64,000 nt of DNA from Psilocybe cubensis. Lineage: Eukaryota. Under the pieces are notes generated by a model. That model searched no databases. It was not told the DNA's origin and saw only the letters and a program-made list of their open reading frames with translations. Within the stretch, counting starts at the first letter, position 1. Every line of letters begins with the position of its first letter. The stretch spans positions 2,170,001 through 2,234,000 of the forward strand of contig CM039001.1 in assembly GCA_017499595.2 (NCBI GenBank), in the 5' to 3' direction. The translations under genes were made by a program, and so were the position numbers. Below, in pieces: positions 12,400 through 25,473 of the stretch.

Positions 12400-14112
12400 T
12401 TATGTTCCCCTAGCCACGTGATATATGCCCGTTGAAGGTACGTTCATTCCCGAGAAAATCCTATGACGGAACCTTCCAGTTTCTTGAGCATCCATAGATG
12501 GTGTATTCACCTGGACGCTTGAAACAAAAGGAAGGTCAGCGTCCATTTCTTCATTTGGTAAAGGTTGGCTTGTATGAGAAGCGACCAAGGCCGAGGAACC
12601 AGGAATCTTGAATGGGAATTTAGATAATTGATCGAACACAAATATGATGCTTACCCCGAAATCGGATTCCTTTCTTTCACTTGGAGGCCGCAAAGTAGCT
12701 TGTTCCCACTCCCAGTTACTAAGAGATGTTCGACCGCCAAGTTCGTGACCTTGTATGTCAGATCGCAACTTGGCTCGGGAGTTCAGAGTGCGTAGCATTC
12801 CGAAGGTGTAAAATTTTCCCGTCAATAAGACGAAAAAAAGAACAAGGTGATCGTCAGTACGCTAATAAGACATGTCGGTCAATAAGAAGGACTGGTTCTA
12901 GAGATGACTGTACCGGTCTGCCATGGTATAGTCCCACTGCAACAACCATGCAAATGGAAGGGAGTATGGCGGATTCCCATGTTATGTGTATAACCTTTAT
13001 TACTATTTTATCCACTTCGCGTAGCCCAGTTTTGGATTGCCAAAGTGATATCATTACTGCCTTTTTCTTTAGAATTGTCTGTATATTCCTTGCTATCGGA
13101 AAGCTTACATAGTAATGACACCGCGATTTCTAGGACTATGGTAGAATGCAGTTTATCATTATTTGCTAGATGTAAGATCGACAGGTTGATTGAGACTTAC
13201 CTAAAGATCCAAAAATCCAAACCGAAAATGCAACTATCGTCTAGAACGTTGGGTTCAGACTTTGGGTTCCGTTTAAAAAGGCCGCTCAGAAACTGAAGGC
13301 TCACAGAGGGCAACAAAAAACGACTAGCTGTCAATGTCTGTATGGTCAACAAAAGTTAATTAGATAATTAATTGGCATTGAAAATTTGCAATGAAACAGA
13401 CATCATCTGTTCCTTCCAATTCCAGAGAGCGAAATGCAATACCCATTGCAATGGCCTAGAAATGGGGGATCATCAGCGTTGGTGTCCCCTGTCTCAAGCT
13501 GGGACGCACTAACCAGGTACAAATTAGCAGCCATTATAAACATTGAAAGGACCGATAACGGTCCAATCACCCAGATTTTCATTCCCATCATCTGAAAGAC
13601 CATTAAATTGATGCCATGTATTGACGAAAGGTGATCATTTGACTGTTTTGAAAGGAATTTGCTTACCTTCCAGCAGCGTTTGATGTAAAAGCCTTCACAT
13701 AACCAACAAATGCAACCATTCAGAAACAAATCTGACCATTCTATTCGACTAGTCGACTGCCGTATAAGACATTATTGGCTATCGTTATATGGAGGTAGAA
13801 CACTGGCTCACCCAACGTTGATTTAAAATAAGCGTTCGCCATGCCTTGTAGTCTTCCAGCATCGTCTGGAGACTGCAGGACGAGATAAGTCATGCCCATC
13901 AAATCGGAAGACTGAAAATTCTGCACCCACATAGACAGAGATATTACACACAGTACAAAAGTACGTTTTCTCCAAGAATCGTCGCGGTAGTCTAATAGAT
14001 ATTTGAATGCTTGATTGACAATGGTTCCCAGAAGAAACGACTGAAGTAAGCCATCCAGCAGTATCGGACCAGGCAAGTCTTCGACTGGTTTTCCCGGGAT
14101 AGTATTGTTCAT
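12400..14112 (-). CDS. DUF6534-type multi-pass membrane protein (Agaricomycete 7TM-like family)
   Basis: GPILLDGLLQSFLLGTIVNQAFKY..DYRDD start, EGFYIKRCW, LWQSKTG..VDKIVIKVIHITWES and GKFYTFGMLRTLNSR signatures across several exons. Confidence 0.75.
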
Positions 14113-14349
14113 TGTCAAGGGGAAGAAATATGTCAGCCAAATAAAATATGCATTCGCTGTATTCCATTTCCGGCGGCTGACCAGCCTAAGAATTGATATA
14201 ACAAGATATTAAACGAGCAGCCCATCGATAGTTGAAATTCCGATGGGGTGATTTATTCATGAAGGACCCCAAGACAATAAGACCAGAGGTTATGAGGATA
14301 GATATCCCATGGCAATGCAACTTACAGACCGAGACCTATTGTTCAGTTT

Positions 14350-16532
14350 TCATTCCTGCCCTTCAACTTCAGGCTGTCGAATATGATCCCATGCACGCTT
14401 GTGCTCAGCAACAGCGTGTGCTACCAGCTCCTCATCAGTCGCATTGATAAAAGTGGGCGGAGCGTTTGATTGTATATTCCTTTGGTACCGGTGTCTGTAT
14501 TTGTGACATTTAGAAAACCCCAACAACTTGAAGAACAGATTACTGACAAGCAAAGTTTACAATTCACTCGACCGTTTTCGTCTGGTTCACCGAATAGATC
14601 CTCCAGACAAATTTGCAGTAGTCGAAGCCCATCTGGGCCAACATCTGACTCCTGTTCAACTTCTTCCTCGTCCACCCCGGAAGAAGCATCAACTTGCATC
14701 ACAAACGCCTGATTTTGTATCTCTGATGGGGGGTCTGCGACCTCGGATGTACTTTGATCTATAGATGAGTTCGGATTGATGGGAGCGGAAGAAGTACTGA
14801 GGTCCACCTGCTCGACGGAGGAAGATGACGTATTCAGATCTTGTTGTAAATTTTGACTGGAAGTGGTTTTTTCTTCCTGTATATTGTGATTTGAAAAAAC
14901 TTGCTGATTCGGAGTGACTGTACTAGGTAAAGCCTGGGATGTGATGACCATAGAATGAACTGGCTGATTCAGTGACATGTCTGGCTGGCTAATATGTGTA
15001 TCTTGAGGTGCGATTGTACTGGCCACTGGCTGTACAGTTTCTTCTGTCAGAGGGGCAGGCGGGGCAGAAGGAGTGGAGACTAGGGCAGCGAATTGAGATT
15101 GTTGAGCGAGATTGTGAGATACCTTTATAGGTGTTGGTGGTGTTGCTGTACCACGAGACGACTGAATAGATGACACTGTCGTTGCAGAATTTGAAAGTTG
15201 TTCTTCCGAGGCATAGGGAACCGCGGAGGGACTCCGCCGCTCGTCATGAACGCAGGGGTTGGGGCCCCAGTTATGATATGTGATTGGCAAAGATGACCGT
15301 CTTGTATTTTGTTGTACATGTGTACCTGAAGGCGTTATGCTGTTGGAGGAAGAGTTTGGTTGTGCATACGGTTGCTAACGAATATATTAGGCGTTATATG
15401 CGATTCAAAAATGTGGCACCGACCTGTTGTCTCTGGATTGCAGGATCGCTTCCTTGAACATGTATCTGGGTTCATCATTAAGGGATTTAATGCAAGTATG
15501 GTTATGAAAGACTCATACCTGTTGATATGGATACATAGCAGGGCCTTCCAAGGGACCAAATGTCAGCGTATAGGTGATTTTATGGGGTGACTAAACGTAC
15601 TCACTAACTAGATTCAAGGACGATCTGCGAGAGCTTGGATTTGAACGCGACTGTTGTCTGTTTTGAAAGACTGCAGCCTGAGTTTGCATGAGTGGGTTTC
15701 TTTGCTCTGTATGAGTATTGTATTGAGGAAGGGGAGCCGAGCCTAGAGACGACGAGAATGGATACTGTCCTTGTGATGGCATAGCATGTTGATTTTGGAT
15801 ATGGGCTAGAGGCGCTATAGAGTGTTGGATGTTGTAGGATGTAGGTATTGTTTGATGACGTCCCGAATCATGCTGCAGCGCTGGCTGGGGCGGTTGTCCA
15901 TGCTGAATAAATCCTTGAAGTTGCTCCGAAAGCCTGCGATTTTCCTCACGAATGGACATGTAGGAATTTCGCATCATTCTCTGACTCTCAACTAACTTTG
16001 CGTACTCGGTCTGAAGTGTATCAGGTACTTCAACGAGCAACCGAATGCGTTCATTTTCGGCCTGCAGCCGTCGAACTTCTGATTCCAAATCGCTAATTCG
16101 TTGGAACTGAGCAGACTCGGGGAGCTTTGTCATAGAAATAGTAGCATTCAGTGATTTGACTGTGTTCACCAGACGTTGGTTGTCTTCGAAAAGTTTAAGA
16201 TTTTCGTCTCGCCATGCTTTGTTTTGGATTTCCAGTTCCTTGATTTTCATCGGCATCGTAGGATGATATCCAAGTTCAGACAGACATCCATTAGCTGTAT
16301 TAGCTAGTATTTCAACTACACGTTGACGCGTGGCAGAAGAACGAGGCTCAGAATTTGGGTTTAGTTGTGGTTGTGGTTGCTCGCCACCTTGGCGCCTGTA
16401 AACGCCCAAAAAATAGGTCCAGCCATGGTCACAGCACGTTCATGACGAGTAGATGTATGTTACCCACTTTCTTTTTTCTCCTTGTTGGTTGAGATTTACG
16501 TTGGAAGCGGATGCCTGTGAACGTGTATTCAT
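14350..16532 (-). CDS. Hypothetical protein: N-terminal coiled coil, long Q/S/P-rich linker, C-terminal C-x2-C...H-x4-H putative zinc finger
   Basis: ATG 16532 exon splices in frame (AA|gtgggt...tttacag|G) into ORF 15591-16409 (heptad-rich), then ORF 14421-15290. Final exon gives CKLCL-HRYQ...EELVAHAVAEHKRAWDHIR. Confidence 0.65.
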
Positions 16533-17678
16533 GGGTGCTCACTGCAGCATGTAAAGTGGGCGCGACGAACGTTTGGTCACACTGCGCTGACAGGACTGCC
16601 TAATTTGTCTCTTCCACTGGTAAGATGCCGAAATGAATCTTTTTTTCTCCTTCGTTATGATACAATCCACATTTCCCAAATTTCTGTGTTTTCCTGAAAA
16701 ATAACATCTCTGCGCCCCTCTGAGACCCAGTTCCAACCAAAGACGAAAAAATGAAAAAAATGGGAGGAAACCTAGGCTTCAGCGGCTGGTTTTCACGGAA
16801 ATTCAAATGACTCAAATTAGACCTGAGGACCTGAGGACGCTTAGTAGACGAGATGGCCAAAAAAGACCGTAAAGGAATAATGAGATTATGAAAAAGATAA
16901 AATACCCCATACTCTTTCTGAAGAGGAGATACTATAGTCGAGACACGATTCGTGATTTTATTCTGTATTTATTAGTATAAGTACGTACAGTTCGCAAATG
17001 ACAGAGACAGATACGTCGTTCTGTGAGATGTTCGCAACTATGACAACAATATTGTCTGTTTGTTGGATTGAAAACATGCTACCTACTTATCTTCAGTAAG
17101 TGGGTGCGATTCACATGTATCATTCCGCACAAACCCAGTGCAGTAACGAGAGCAACCCAACCAAGGGAACGACCCGCCTCATTTGCTTTCTTTAAGGTTA
17201 CAAAACGCTAAAAAAAGGGTGTGTCAAGCTTTATTTTCGGGAATCAACGACGGTGAGATATTTCAACGGCAGAAAATAGATAAACACACGTATCTAGGAT
17301 GATGGTAAGGGAACATCTTAAATACAGCGTTGCTGTTCAATCTGATAGGTTCGACCTCTGATGAGATGATTTTGATATTGTTACATGCAGGAAATGGAGT
17401 GAATGAGCGGGTAACAAAGAACAGTCCTTGGATCTAACCATCTCTCACAAAATATTTATGCAACAACCAAGTCCCAGATATGCTGTGAAATAGTAAAGAT
17501 AGAGGGACCTCGGGAAAATATGACCCTGCAATGGGAAAGAACGATGGGAAGGTAACCCACACGAGGGAGAAGAGGCCGGAGGTACCTTTCCGTACTGTAT
17601 ATGTCGTAGACGGCCATATTGGCCGTCGAGGCCGGAAGCATAATGCGTTGTCGACTAATAAAAAGACCAGGCATATTT

Positions 17679-18410
17679 CTACCCACTTGGCGCTGGAGGT
17701 ATCAGATTCGGAGGTGTTCGCACAGCAACTGTGGATACGGGCAGCACGATTTGGGACATGGGGGGTGAAGGGGGCGGACTATGAGTGCCGACTGCGGAAT
17801 AGACTCCCCGAGACGCTAATGGTCCACCTGAAGTCAGGTCATCGTAGGATGGAGGACGGGGAAAGTACGGGGGAGCAGGCTCGCGCAGCGACGGACGCCG
17901 CAGAAGGTGCGGGTTGCGCTCAAGCTCTTCAAGCTCCCTTTGGAGATGGTGCCGCTGCAAAATATCTGCGATTCTATCGCGATGAGGAGTTCTCTTGTAA
18001 TTGTAATAACAACGAATGAGACTGAGAAGGACGCCAGCCAATGCAAGTCCTCCAATTACTTCAAACGCAATCAGGATAGGTTTATGTTTTGGACGCGGGG
18101 GAAGGGGAGTCGATGTAGGTGGCGGCGGCCTGGGACGGCCTGAATGGCCGGGAAAAGAAAGAGGCCTGGTATTTGAAGGAATGATATGAGACTGAGAGCC
18201 AGAATGACTTAGATGGAGAGTATTGTGGGACGAGGAATGCCTGAAAGAGGTTGGGAAATGAGTAGGATGTGCCAACGAAGATGATGAAGTAGCAGTAATA
18301 GGCGACTGCGGAACTGCGCGAACACTAGGCCGAGAAATGAGTGCAGAACGCAGAAAAACAGACCGAGCTTACAATGTAAGAAATAAAAAGAGAAAAGCTA
18401 TGGCAAACAT
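17679..18410 (-). CDS. Small type I membrane protein with signal peptide and cytosolic PPxY motifs
   Basis: ATG 18410, MFAIAFLFLFLT|FVRAVP (one gtaagc...ctag intron), S/T/H/P-rich ectodomain, TM ILIAFEVIGGLALAGVLLSLI, tail APPPYFPRPPSY. Confidence 0.7.
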
Positions 18411-18646
18411 CCTGAATACAATACGGGCTATGGTTCCATGGTGGTAGTAAAGACGAAGCAGAGTGCTGCTGATTGGGATATAATAATAGCACAGCCAATT
18501 GATTGATCAGGGAGATGACCGTTAATGCTTAGTCAGCAGATCGTCGGTCATTCGGCATGTGAATAAGCGACTGATTAACACCCACTCTCATATTTATTCT
18601 TCTACTCCGTTCCATCCCATCCACTTCCCACCTTGCCTCTTCTTCA

Positions 18647-20206
18647 ATGCCTCTTCCACACCACTCTTCTTCTCGCAGCGACGCTGCTCTCTTGGATATT
18701 CTCACTGGCCCTGCACCCCAGGCCGCAAAGTCCGCGTTTGCTCGTCGGGATGCTGCTCTCGACCCCCTGTTAATCGCTGCTGCTGCTGCTTCCGGTCCTC
18801 ATGTAACCAGAAATCACTACCACCACGATTTTTTCCCTGGCGTCATGCTTCCTCAGGCTGAGGGCGCTTGGGACTGGACCAAGTATACCGGGGAGGATTC
18901 TTCCGCAAAGGGTGCTCGCAAACATCTGGCGTATGTGAGTCGTCAGGCTCCTCGCAGGCAGCGTTTGGGGCTGGCGGAGGAGGGTAAAGAAAATGATCAC
19001 CCACGTGAGATTGAACCGCTCAAGTCGGCAGACAATCTCCCACCCGCATCCAAGAAACGTCGTCCTTCCCTCGCCTCTTCCACCACTCCAATTAACACCG
19101 ATGTCAAGGCTCGGCCAAAGGCGCAATCTCACTCTGATTTTATCCCTCATTCTAATTCAATCCCTCAGTCATTACCTCCCGTAGAAGTTAAATGTATGGC
19201 TCGCACTCGTATACCCACACCTCACGGGCCCGCTTTCTTGCATCTATACCACAACAATCGCGATAGCAAAGAGCATCTTGCAGTCGTCATAGACCCAGCC
19301 CAACTTTCTGATTCTTCCGGACTATCCTCTGCCGCCACTCCCATCCGCTCACGGTCATTGGATGCAGTTTGGAGTGAGAATGAGACGGAAATGGACCGCA
19401 TCATTCGCGGCGCCTACGTTGGTCGTTTGTCCTCGACTTCGAAACACGCTTCTGATCCAACGCTACAAACAACGAGTTCAAGCGCTCTGAAAGACGCCGT
19501 ACCACCTCCCATCATTCGAATACACTCTGAATGTTTCACTGGGGAGACCATAGGAAGCATGCGGTGTGATTGTGGCGAGCAACTTGATGAGGCAATTCGA
19601 CAGATATCATTACCCATTGTCCTTCCGCCTACTCCACAACATCCAAGTGAAATTACTATTCCTGGGCGCGGGGCAATTATCTACCTTCGCCAAGAAGGTC
19701 GTGGAATTGGTCTTTTATCCAAAATTCGGGCCTACAATCTCCAAGACATGGGACACGACACCGTCACAGCTAATCTCATGCTCGGCCATAAAGCGGACGA
19801 ACGAGGATACGAAATAGCAGCTGCCATCCTCCGCGATCTCAATTTGGGGACAGGCTCTCCGAACTCAGTATCAGAAGGAGTCAGAGTTTTGACGAACAAC
19901 CCAGACAAAGTGGAGGCACTACAAAAGGAGGGAATACAAGTGGCGGAGAGAGTGCCTATGATCCCCCGTAGCTGGCAGCACCGAAAAGCAGTCGCGGACG
20001 CAAGCCACATGTCTGAAGACACAGACACACGTCTAGCTGATGGTCGCCGTGGTCCAACGGACGACGAAAAGCAGGCCATGGCCGACCTTGGCTCAAAAAC
20101 TGTGTACGGGGACGATTTGGACAAGTATCTGAGAACCAAAATCCTCCGCATGGGGCATATGCTACCGCTATGGATGGAAGAACCTGACGTAACTACAATT
20201 TATTGA
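18647..20206 (+). CDS. RIB1: GTP cyclohydrolase II (riboflavin biosynthesis)
   Basis: Single 519-aa ORF with ARTRIPT, KEHLA, RIHSECFTGETIGSMRCDCGEQL (Zn ligands), YLRQEGRGIGL, DTVTANL, LTNNPDK, YLRTKILRMGH. Confidence 0.95.
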   Translation: MPLPHHSSSRSDAALLDILTGPAPQAAKSAFARRDAALDPLLIAAAAASGPHVTRNHYHHDFFPGVMLPQAEGAWDWTKYTGEDSSAKGARKHLAYVSRQAPRRQRLGLAEEGKENDHPREIEPLKSADNLPPASKKRRPSLASSTTPINTDVKARPKAQSHSDFIPHSNSIPQSLPPVEVKCMARTRIPTPHGPAFLHLYHNNRDSKEHLAVVIDPAQLSDSSGLSSAATPIRSRSLDAVWSENETEMDRIIRGAYVGRLSSTSKHASDPTLQTTSSSALKDAVPPPIIRIHSECFTGETIGSMRCDCGEQLDEAIRQISLPIVLPPTPQHPSEITIPGRGAIIYLRQEGRGIGLLSKIRAYNLQDMGHDTVTANLMLGHKADERGYEIAAAILRDLNLGTGSPNSVSEGVRVLTNNPDKVEALQKEGIQVAERVPMIPRSWQHRKAVADASHMSEDTDTRLADGRRGPTDDEKQAMADLGSKTVYGDDLDKYLRTKILRMGHMLPLWMEEPDVTTIY

Positions 20207-20845
20207 CATGTACGAGATCATCTTTAACGCATTTACCACTTGTTTACATTTGTACTACCTTAATTTTCACATGTAATGAAAATCTGGGAGCCTACTATAC
20301 ATTTTACTCTAAAAATAATCGTTTTTTTTAAAAATACGTGGCAGTGCTCGATAATGGTCCAGATTACCAAGATTAATTACCCTTCCTTTAGTTTGAACTT
20401 CACGGTTTCAAACGAGAGAGTTTTCAAGCGATTTGTAGTACGCCTACTGAGAACTTGGATCCGTCTAGGCAAGCTCGGCTAATGCTTGTAGCACATCCTT
20501 GTGGGCAAACAGGGAGGCGGTTTACTTATTATGAACCTCCTATTAGCGCCCGTAGAAAAGCTTCATGAAAAGTATCAATGAAACCTTGCATACAAGATTC
20601 GAGGCTGCGTTACCCGCATGTCTAGAAAACGGAATGCAAAGTGGATTTTGTAGTCTATGTAGACTTGTAATGCACATGGCAAGACGCCAAGAGATCTCAT
20701 TGTCTTGTGAATCCGTTCACAACCATGTATGACCAACTTGGAGTTCGTAGCCAGGCCACGAGTGTGCCATCAAACCCCTCTCTCTTTTTCCCTCTTCCCT
20801 TTTGCATCGTCATTTTCTTCTCCTTCCACTCCTTTTCCAAGCATC

Positions 20846-22681
20846 ATGTCTGACACCAATTATCAGTCGCTTGAGAAGACTGGTGCTTTTGAGCGGCCAG
20901 AGAAACGGTCAAAGCGCTCAAAAATCATTGTGTGTAGTGTACATTTCGTACTTTTGACTTCAACACTAACACTACACTACAGATAATCGCCTCTGTAGTT
21001 GGTTTCCTCGTCCTCGTCGCTGCTGGAATTGCTGTTGGAGTCATCGTCTCAAATAACAACAAAGAGAAATCGACGGGAACCACCAACAGTGGCACCGGAA
21101 CCAAGAGTGGCACCAACGCCAATTCTGCTGACCCCAGTGTGTTTAAGAAAGATTCAAGGCTTCACCGGTCATTGTACGGCTTGGCTTACACGCCGGAGGG
21201 ATCATTGCCGGATTATGGCTGCAGCAGCACTTTGGGTATGTTTCAGCCCACTTTTCTGATTTTACTACCGTCACTGAGACCTTCCGCCAGAGCAAGTCAT
21301 TCTCGATGTTCAAGTATGCAAAGGGTGCCCGCGTTTCTTGAATTAAAACTCATTTTATGTTGCAGTTGATGTCTCAGCTCACCCCTCGCATTCGTCTTTA
21401 TGGTGCTGATTGTAACCAAACTGCCCTTGTGGTATGAGTCATCCGCCTTTGCATGTACCTCATTGACTGAAATATCATGTATCGACAGCTGGAGGCCATT
21501 CGACAGACCAAAGTAGACCTACAAGTGTACCTAGGGAACTATGTTGTCGATGGTGACCCGGGCGCTTACGAACGGCAGCGCGATGTCCTCAAACAGGCCC
21601 TTATGACTTATGGGAGCGACAACATTGCAGGACTCACGGTCGGTAATGAGTTCATGTTGAAGTATGCCTCTTTCGAGTTTGGAAAGGATGGTGACTGATG
21701 TACCTGGTTCTTAGCTATGTGACTGCTCACAAAATCGAGGATGTCAATAGCCCCGAAGCGGATATCGGTACTGTATTTTCTTTTTTTGCTTGGGATTAAT
21801 TTATCAAATGTTATCTACAGGTGCACAGGTTCTTATTGACAATATCGCTGATACAAGAGCGATGCTCGCTTCACTGAATTTGCCCAAGGCCATTCCGGTT
21901 GGGAACTCAGATGCTGGAAGCTACTTCAGCACCAAGGTCCTGGAGAAAGTTGAATACGGGGTAATTTTTATCACCTCCACTCTAATTTTCCGCCCCTGAC
22001 AGATTTGACTACAGTTATCCAACGTCCACGCATGGTTTGCAAATACCACAATCGAGGAAGCCACACCTTGGGTCAGAAACTTTTTCCTAGAAACAAACAT
22101 CCAACCCGCCTCTCTTTTACCCAATAGAGTGAGGAAAATGTTACCTGTCACTTAGCCACGCTGATTCGCTTTCCCCAGCCAACAATGTTCCTTGCCGAGA
22201 CTGGTTGGCCAACTGTACGTCATTTGAACTTAACCAGAAGCTTTAATTGAAATGCATGTCCAGGGATCGAAAGATGCCGGAAACGCAAACAATGGTTTTG
22301 CCGATGCATCTACTGCCAATCTCCAAAAGTTCCTCGACGATTTTGTCTGCCAGGCGAACGCTGATGGTCTCCCTTACTTTTTCTTTGAGGTGAGCTCGCC
22401 TGCAGGGTGTACTATTAACTAATGCAATGCTAACACCGATCTGACCCCGTGTAGTACTTCGATGAAGAGTGGAAAGTAAGTAATCTCTTTTTGCTAGCCC
22501 TGACTTCTCATGCTAACATGGCCTGTCTCAGGACGCGAAATATGGAGGCGTTGAAGGCTACTGGGGATTGTTCAATAAAGAGTATGTTCATCATTTGTTA
22601 TCAATATGAATCATTTGCTTATTTTGTCTGCACAGCCGAACCCTCAAAGACGTCAAAATTCCTACCTGTTTATCGCCGTGA
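20846..22681 (+). CDS. Glycoside hydrolase family 17 beta-1,3-glucanase/glucanosyltransferase, type II membrane-anchored (BtgC-like)
   Basis: N-terminal TM, GLAYTP, QLTPRIRLYGADCNQ, TVGNE (acid/base), NVHAWF, LAETGWPT (nucleophile), FFEYFDEEWK, GGVEGYWGLF; TGA 22679-22681. Confidence 0.9.
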
Positions 22682-23059
22682 TCGTCTTTATTCTTGCCAA
22701 TTCGCCTTCACGAACTTTTACGAACTCTGTCGCATATTTCACTTCGCCCAACTGTGGCATTGCTTGGTTCCGCCAGTAGTTTAATTGTCTACTCAGATAC
22801 CTATCCGCTCGTTACCCGTACTTTATACACTTGTATACGTACCATTGGACATTTCCCACATGCCTATTTGCTTTTCAATGCAATTTATTGGATTTTACAT
22901 CAGTTTTACTTGATGGAGGACTGCGGGCACGGGTTAGTTGAATGCCATCATTCTCTTACGTAAGATATACCACGAAGCAGACCTCCCTGGGCTGATCAAG
23001 TCTTCGAAGAACTTTGGGCAATTGTTCCTGCTTTCTATCAATACCTATTTTGTAACAAG

Positions 23060-25361
23060 ATGTATGACCCTCTGGGCTCCTCGCAAGCTGCTTTTGGCGG
23101 AGAGGACGACTCTCAAAATCCTCCATGGCCAACAACACCTCATTCTCCCAGTTCATCCATCCCAAACCTCCGGCGTGCTTCTCCAGTTCCCCCGATTCCA
23201 GATAAAGGACCGACTCCAGGTCTTTATGGCAAGGAGCCACAGATATATGGAAAGCCAGAAGCCGGGCTTATCTCACCGAGAGAGACACCTGGTTCAAATG
23301 GAGTGAAATATGAGAAGACTGAACCATATTTACGCGTCCGTATCAATGGCATCGACAGAAACAGGAGAGACATTCTATTCAAATTGGATGCGCAGGTGCA
23401 CTTTTTTGTTGAAACGCTCCTGTAATATTTACTTATCTTGTGTGTACATTCCAGACCAACCTCTCCAATTTCAATGGCACGACGTATCGTAATGTGTCGC
23501 GCTCCTATCTTGAATTCCAGCAGTTCTACGAATCCATCGTACACAGTAATCCACAAACCATTGTTCCGGCCTTACCCCTCGCTCAAACTTCTGCTCCTAC
23601 CGACGAGGAAGATGACAGACTTGTGAAGATTATGCTACAGCGATGGCTCACCAGAGTTTGCGAAGATCCCATTCTTTTGCATGACGAAGATCTCCGCTCC
23701 TTCATTGAGAGCGATTTTGGGTATCAACCCACTCCTCGACCAAGGCGTAAAACCTCGACAGGGTTTGGCATTATCCGACGTGGTGTGCCAGACGAGGATG
23801 AGGAATTACAGCGTGCTCGATTCGAGTTGACGAAACTTGAAGGTCAGTTTTTTGAAACAGCTAAAGCAGTGGACAGGCTTGCTATTGCACGAAAAGGTTG
23901 GTTTTTGCAAGACTGTAGAAATATTTAAGCGATGTAACTGAAATCGACTCTCAGCTCTTGCCAATGCTCATTCAGAAATGGGCAATAAACTTGTCAACAT
24001 CGCAACCACAGAAGCACATCCACCACTAGGAAATGCCCTACGCAAGCTCGGCAGAACTTGGCACAGTGTCGCTGACCTTGATCATGCACAAGCGATCAGC
24101 GAATGTGTTATTCTGGGAGACTCCCTTGGATATCAAGGAATGAATGCGCGGTCTGCTAAAGAAACTCTTCAAATGCGCACAGGGGTTTTGGAAGAATATC
24201 AGAGCGCTGTGAAAACAACTATATCGAAACGACGTCAGATTGAGCGATTGAAAGCAAGCTCAAATATCCGCCCAGACCGGGTGGACGAGGCTTTGGAAGA
24301 AATAGAAGAGGTCGGTGATTGATCTCGTTGCAAATTGGGTTGTTTCTGATCTTTAATCTATTACTTAGGCAAATCGTTATGAACAAACATTAGCCAAAAG
24401 AGCGGAGGGAATTTCACAGAACCTGCACCGTGCTTTGCAAACTCACAACAAATACGCCAATGACGATATCACTGCAGCTCTTATCGAACACGCTCGTTCT
24501 TCAATCATGTATGAACGTCAACTTTTGCGCGAGCTTGAGGCCCTCCGCGTTGATTTTAGCAACGCAGACAAAAAAGTTATTCCCTCTGTCAACGTTGCAC
24601 CTAAACCTTCTATCGTTCCGCCCCTTGAAGACTACTCTGATCGACTCTATTCAGCTCCTACCGCTCCATTGTCAAATGGATTCCCACACTCTACCCATAT
24701 ACAGCCTCCTCACACTGCGGGAGTCCCTACCCAGAATGGCTTTACTCCGCACCGTATCCCTGCTCATGTCCCTAACCCTGTATTAGGCAACTCTCAAAGT
24801 CCTCTACCGTCTCCCTTCCCTCAAACCATTTCCGGAAAACAAGACCCTTTGTCTGCAGCTTCTGTCCGCTCATTTCACCCTTCTCAACCTCCAATATCCC
24901 CTTCTACCCCGATATCCCCTCCCACCTCTCAATTTTCTAACCATTCTTTACCACCGCAATCCCCAGGTGCCGGCCCTTCATCTCCAGCTCCTTATACTCC
25001 AAATGTTGCCCCCAAGCCATCTCTGAACGAGCCTCCTCTTGGCGGAAAATTCGTGGATGGAACTAAATCTATGTTTGTAACCAAGTCATCGGGCCCACGG
25101 CCTTCTCCGTTGTCTTTCTCTTCTTCTACGTCCAACATCCAAGGGCCCGCAACTAATGCACCCTTTGATCCTCTACGCAGCGATGCACATCCTGCATACT
25201 CCTCTCCTTTAACCGAACCTTCCCGAGGATCTGCTCAACACTCTACAGACCCTCTTGGCTCCATTATACCTCAGCACATGTCTAGCTCGGTTCGCGTTCA
25301 ACCTACGCGATCAAGGTTGGATGCCCGCGAGGCCGCCAGCAAACTTGCAAATATGTTTTAA
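23060..25361 (+). CDS. VPS17: Retromer PX-BAR sorting nexin Vps17
   Basis: LRVRINGIDRNRRDILFKLDAQTNL, RSYLEFQQF, NPQTIVPALP, FIESDFGY, AKETLQMR, SNIRPDRVDEAL, YERQLLRELE; Pro-rich tail. Confidence 0.88.
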
Positions 25362-25473
25362 TTTCCAATTTTGCATTTTTATACCTAGTTTGCATCCTCT
25401 CCAACACTATGATTGTTCTCCCTGGATCATAATGATTATTTATTTTAATAACATGTGCCCGGACTCAAATCTG

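Noticed and set aside
18420..18646. Possible FMN riboswitch upstream of RIB1
   Set aside because: No RFN consensus segments seen, and FMN riboswitches are not established in eukaryotes.
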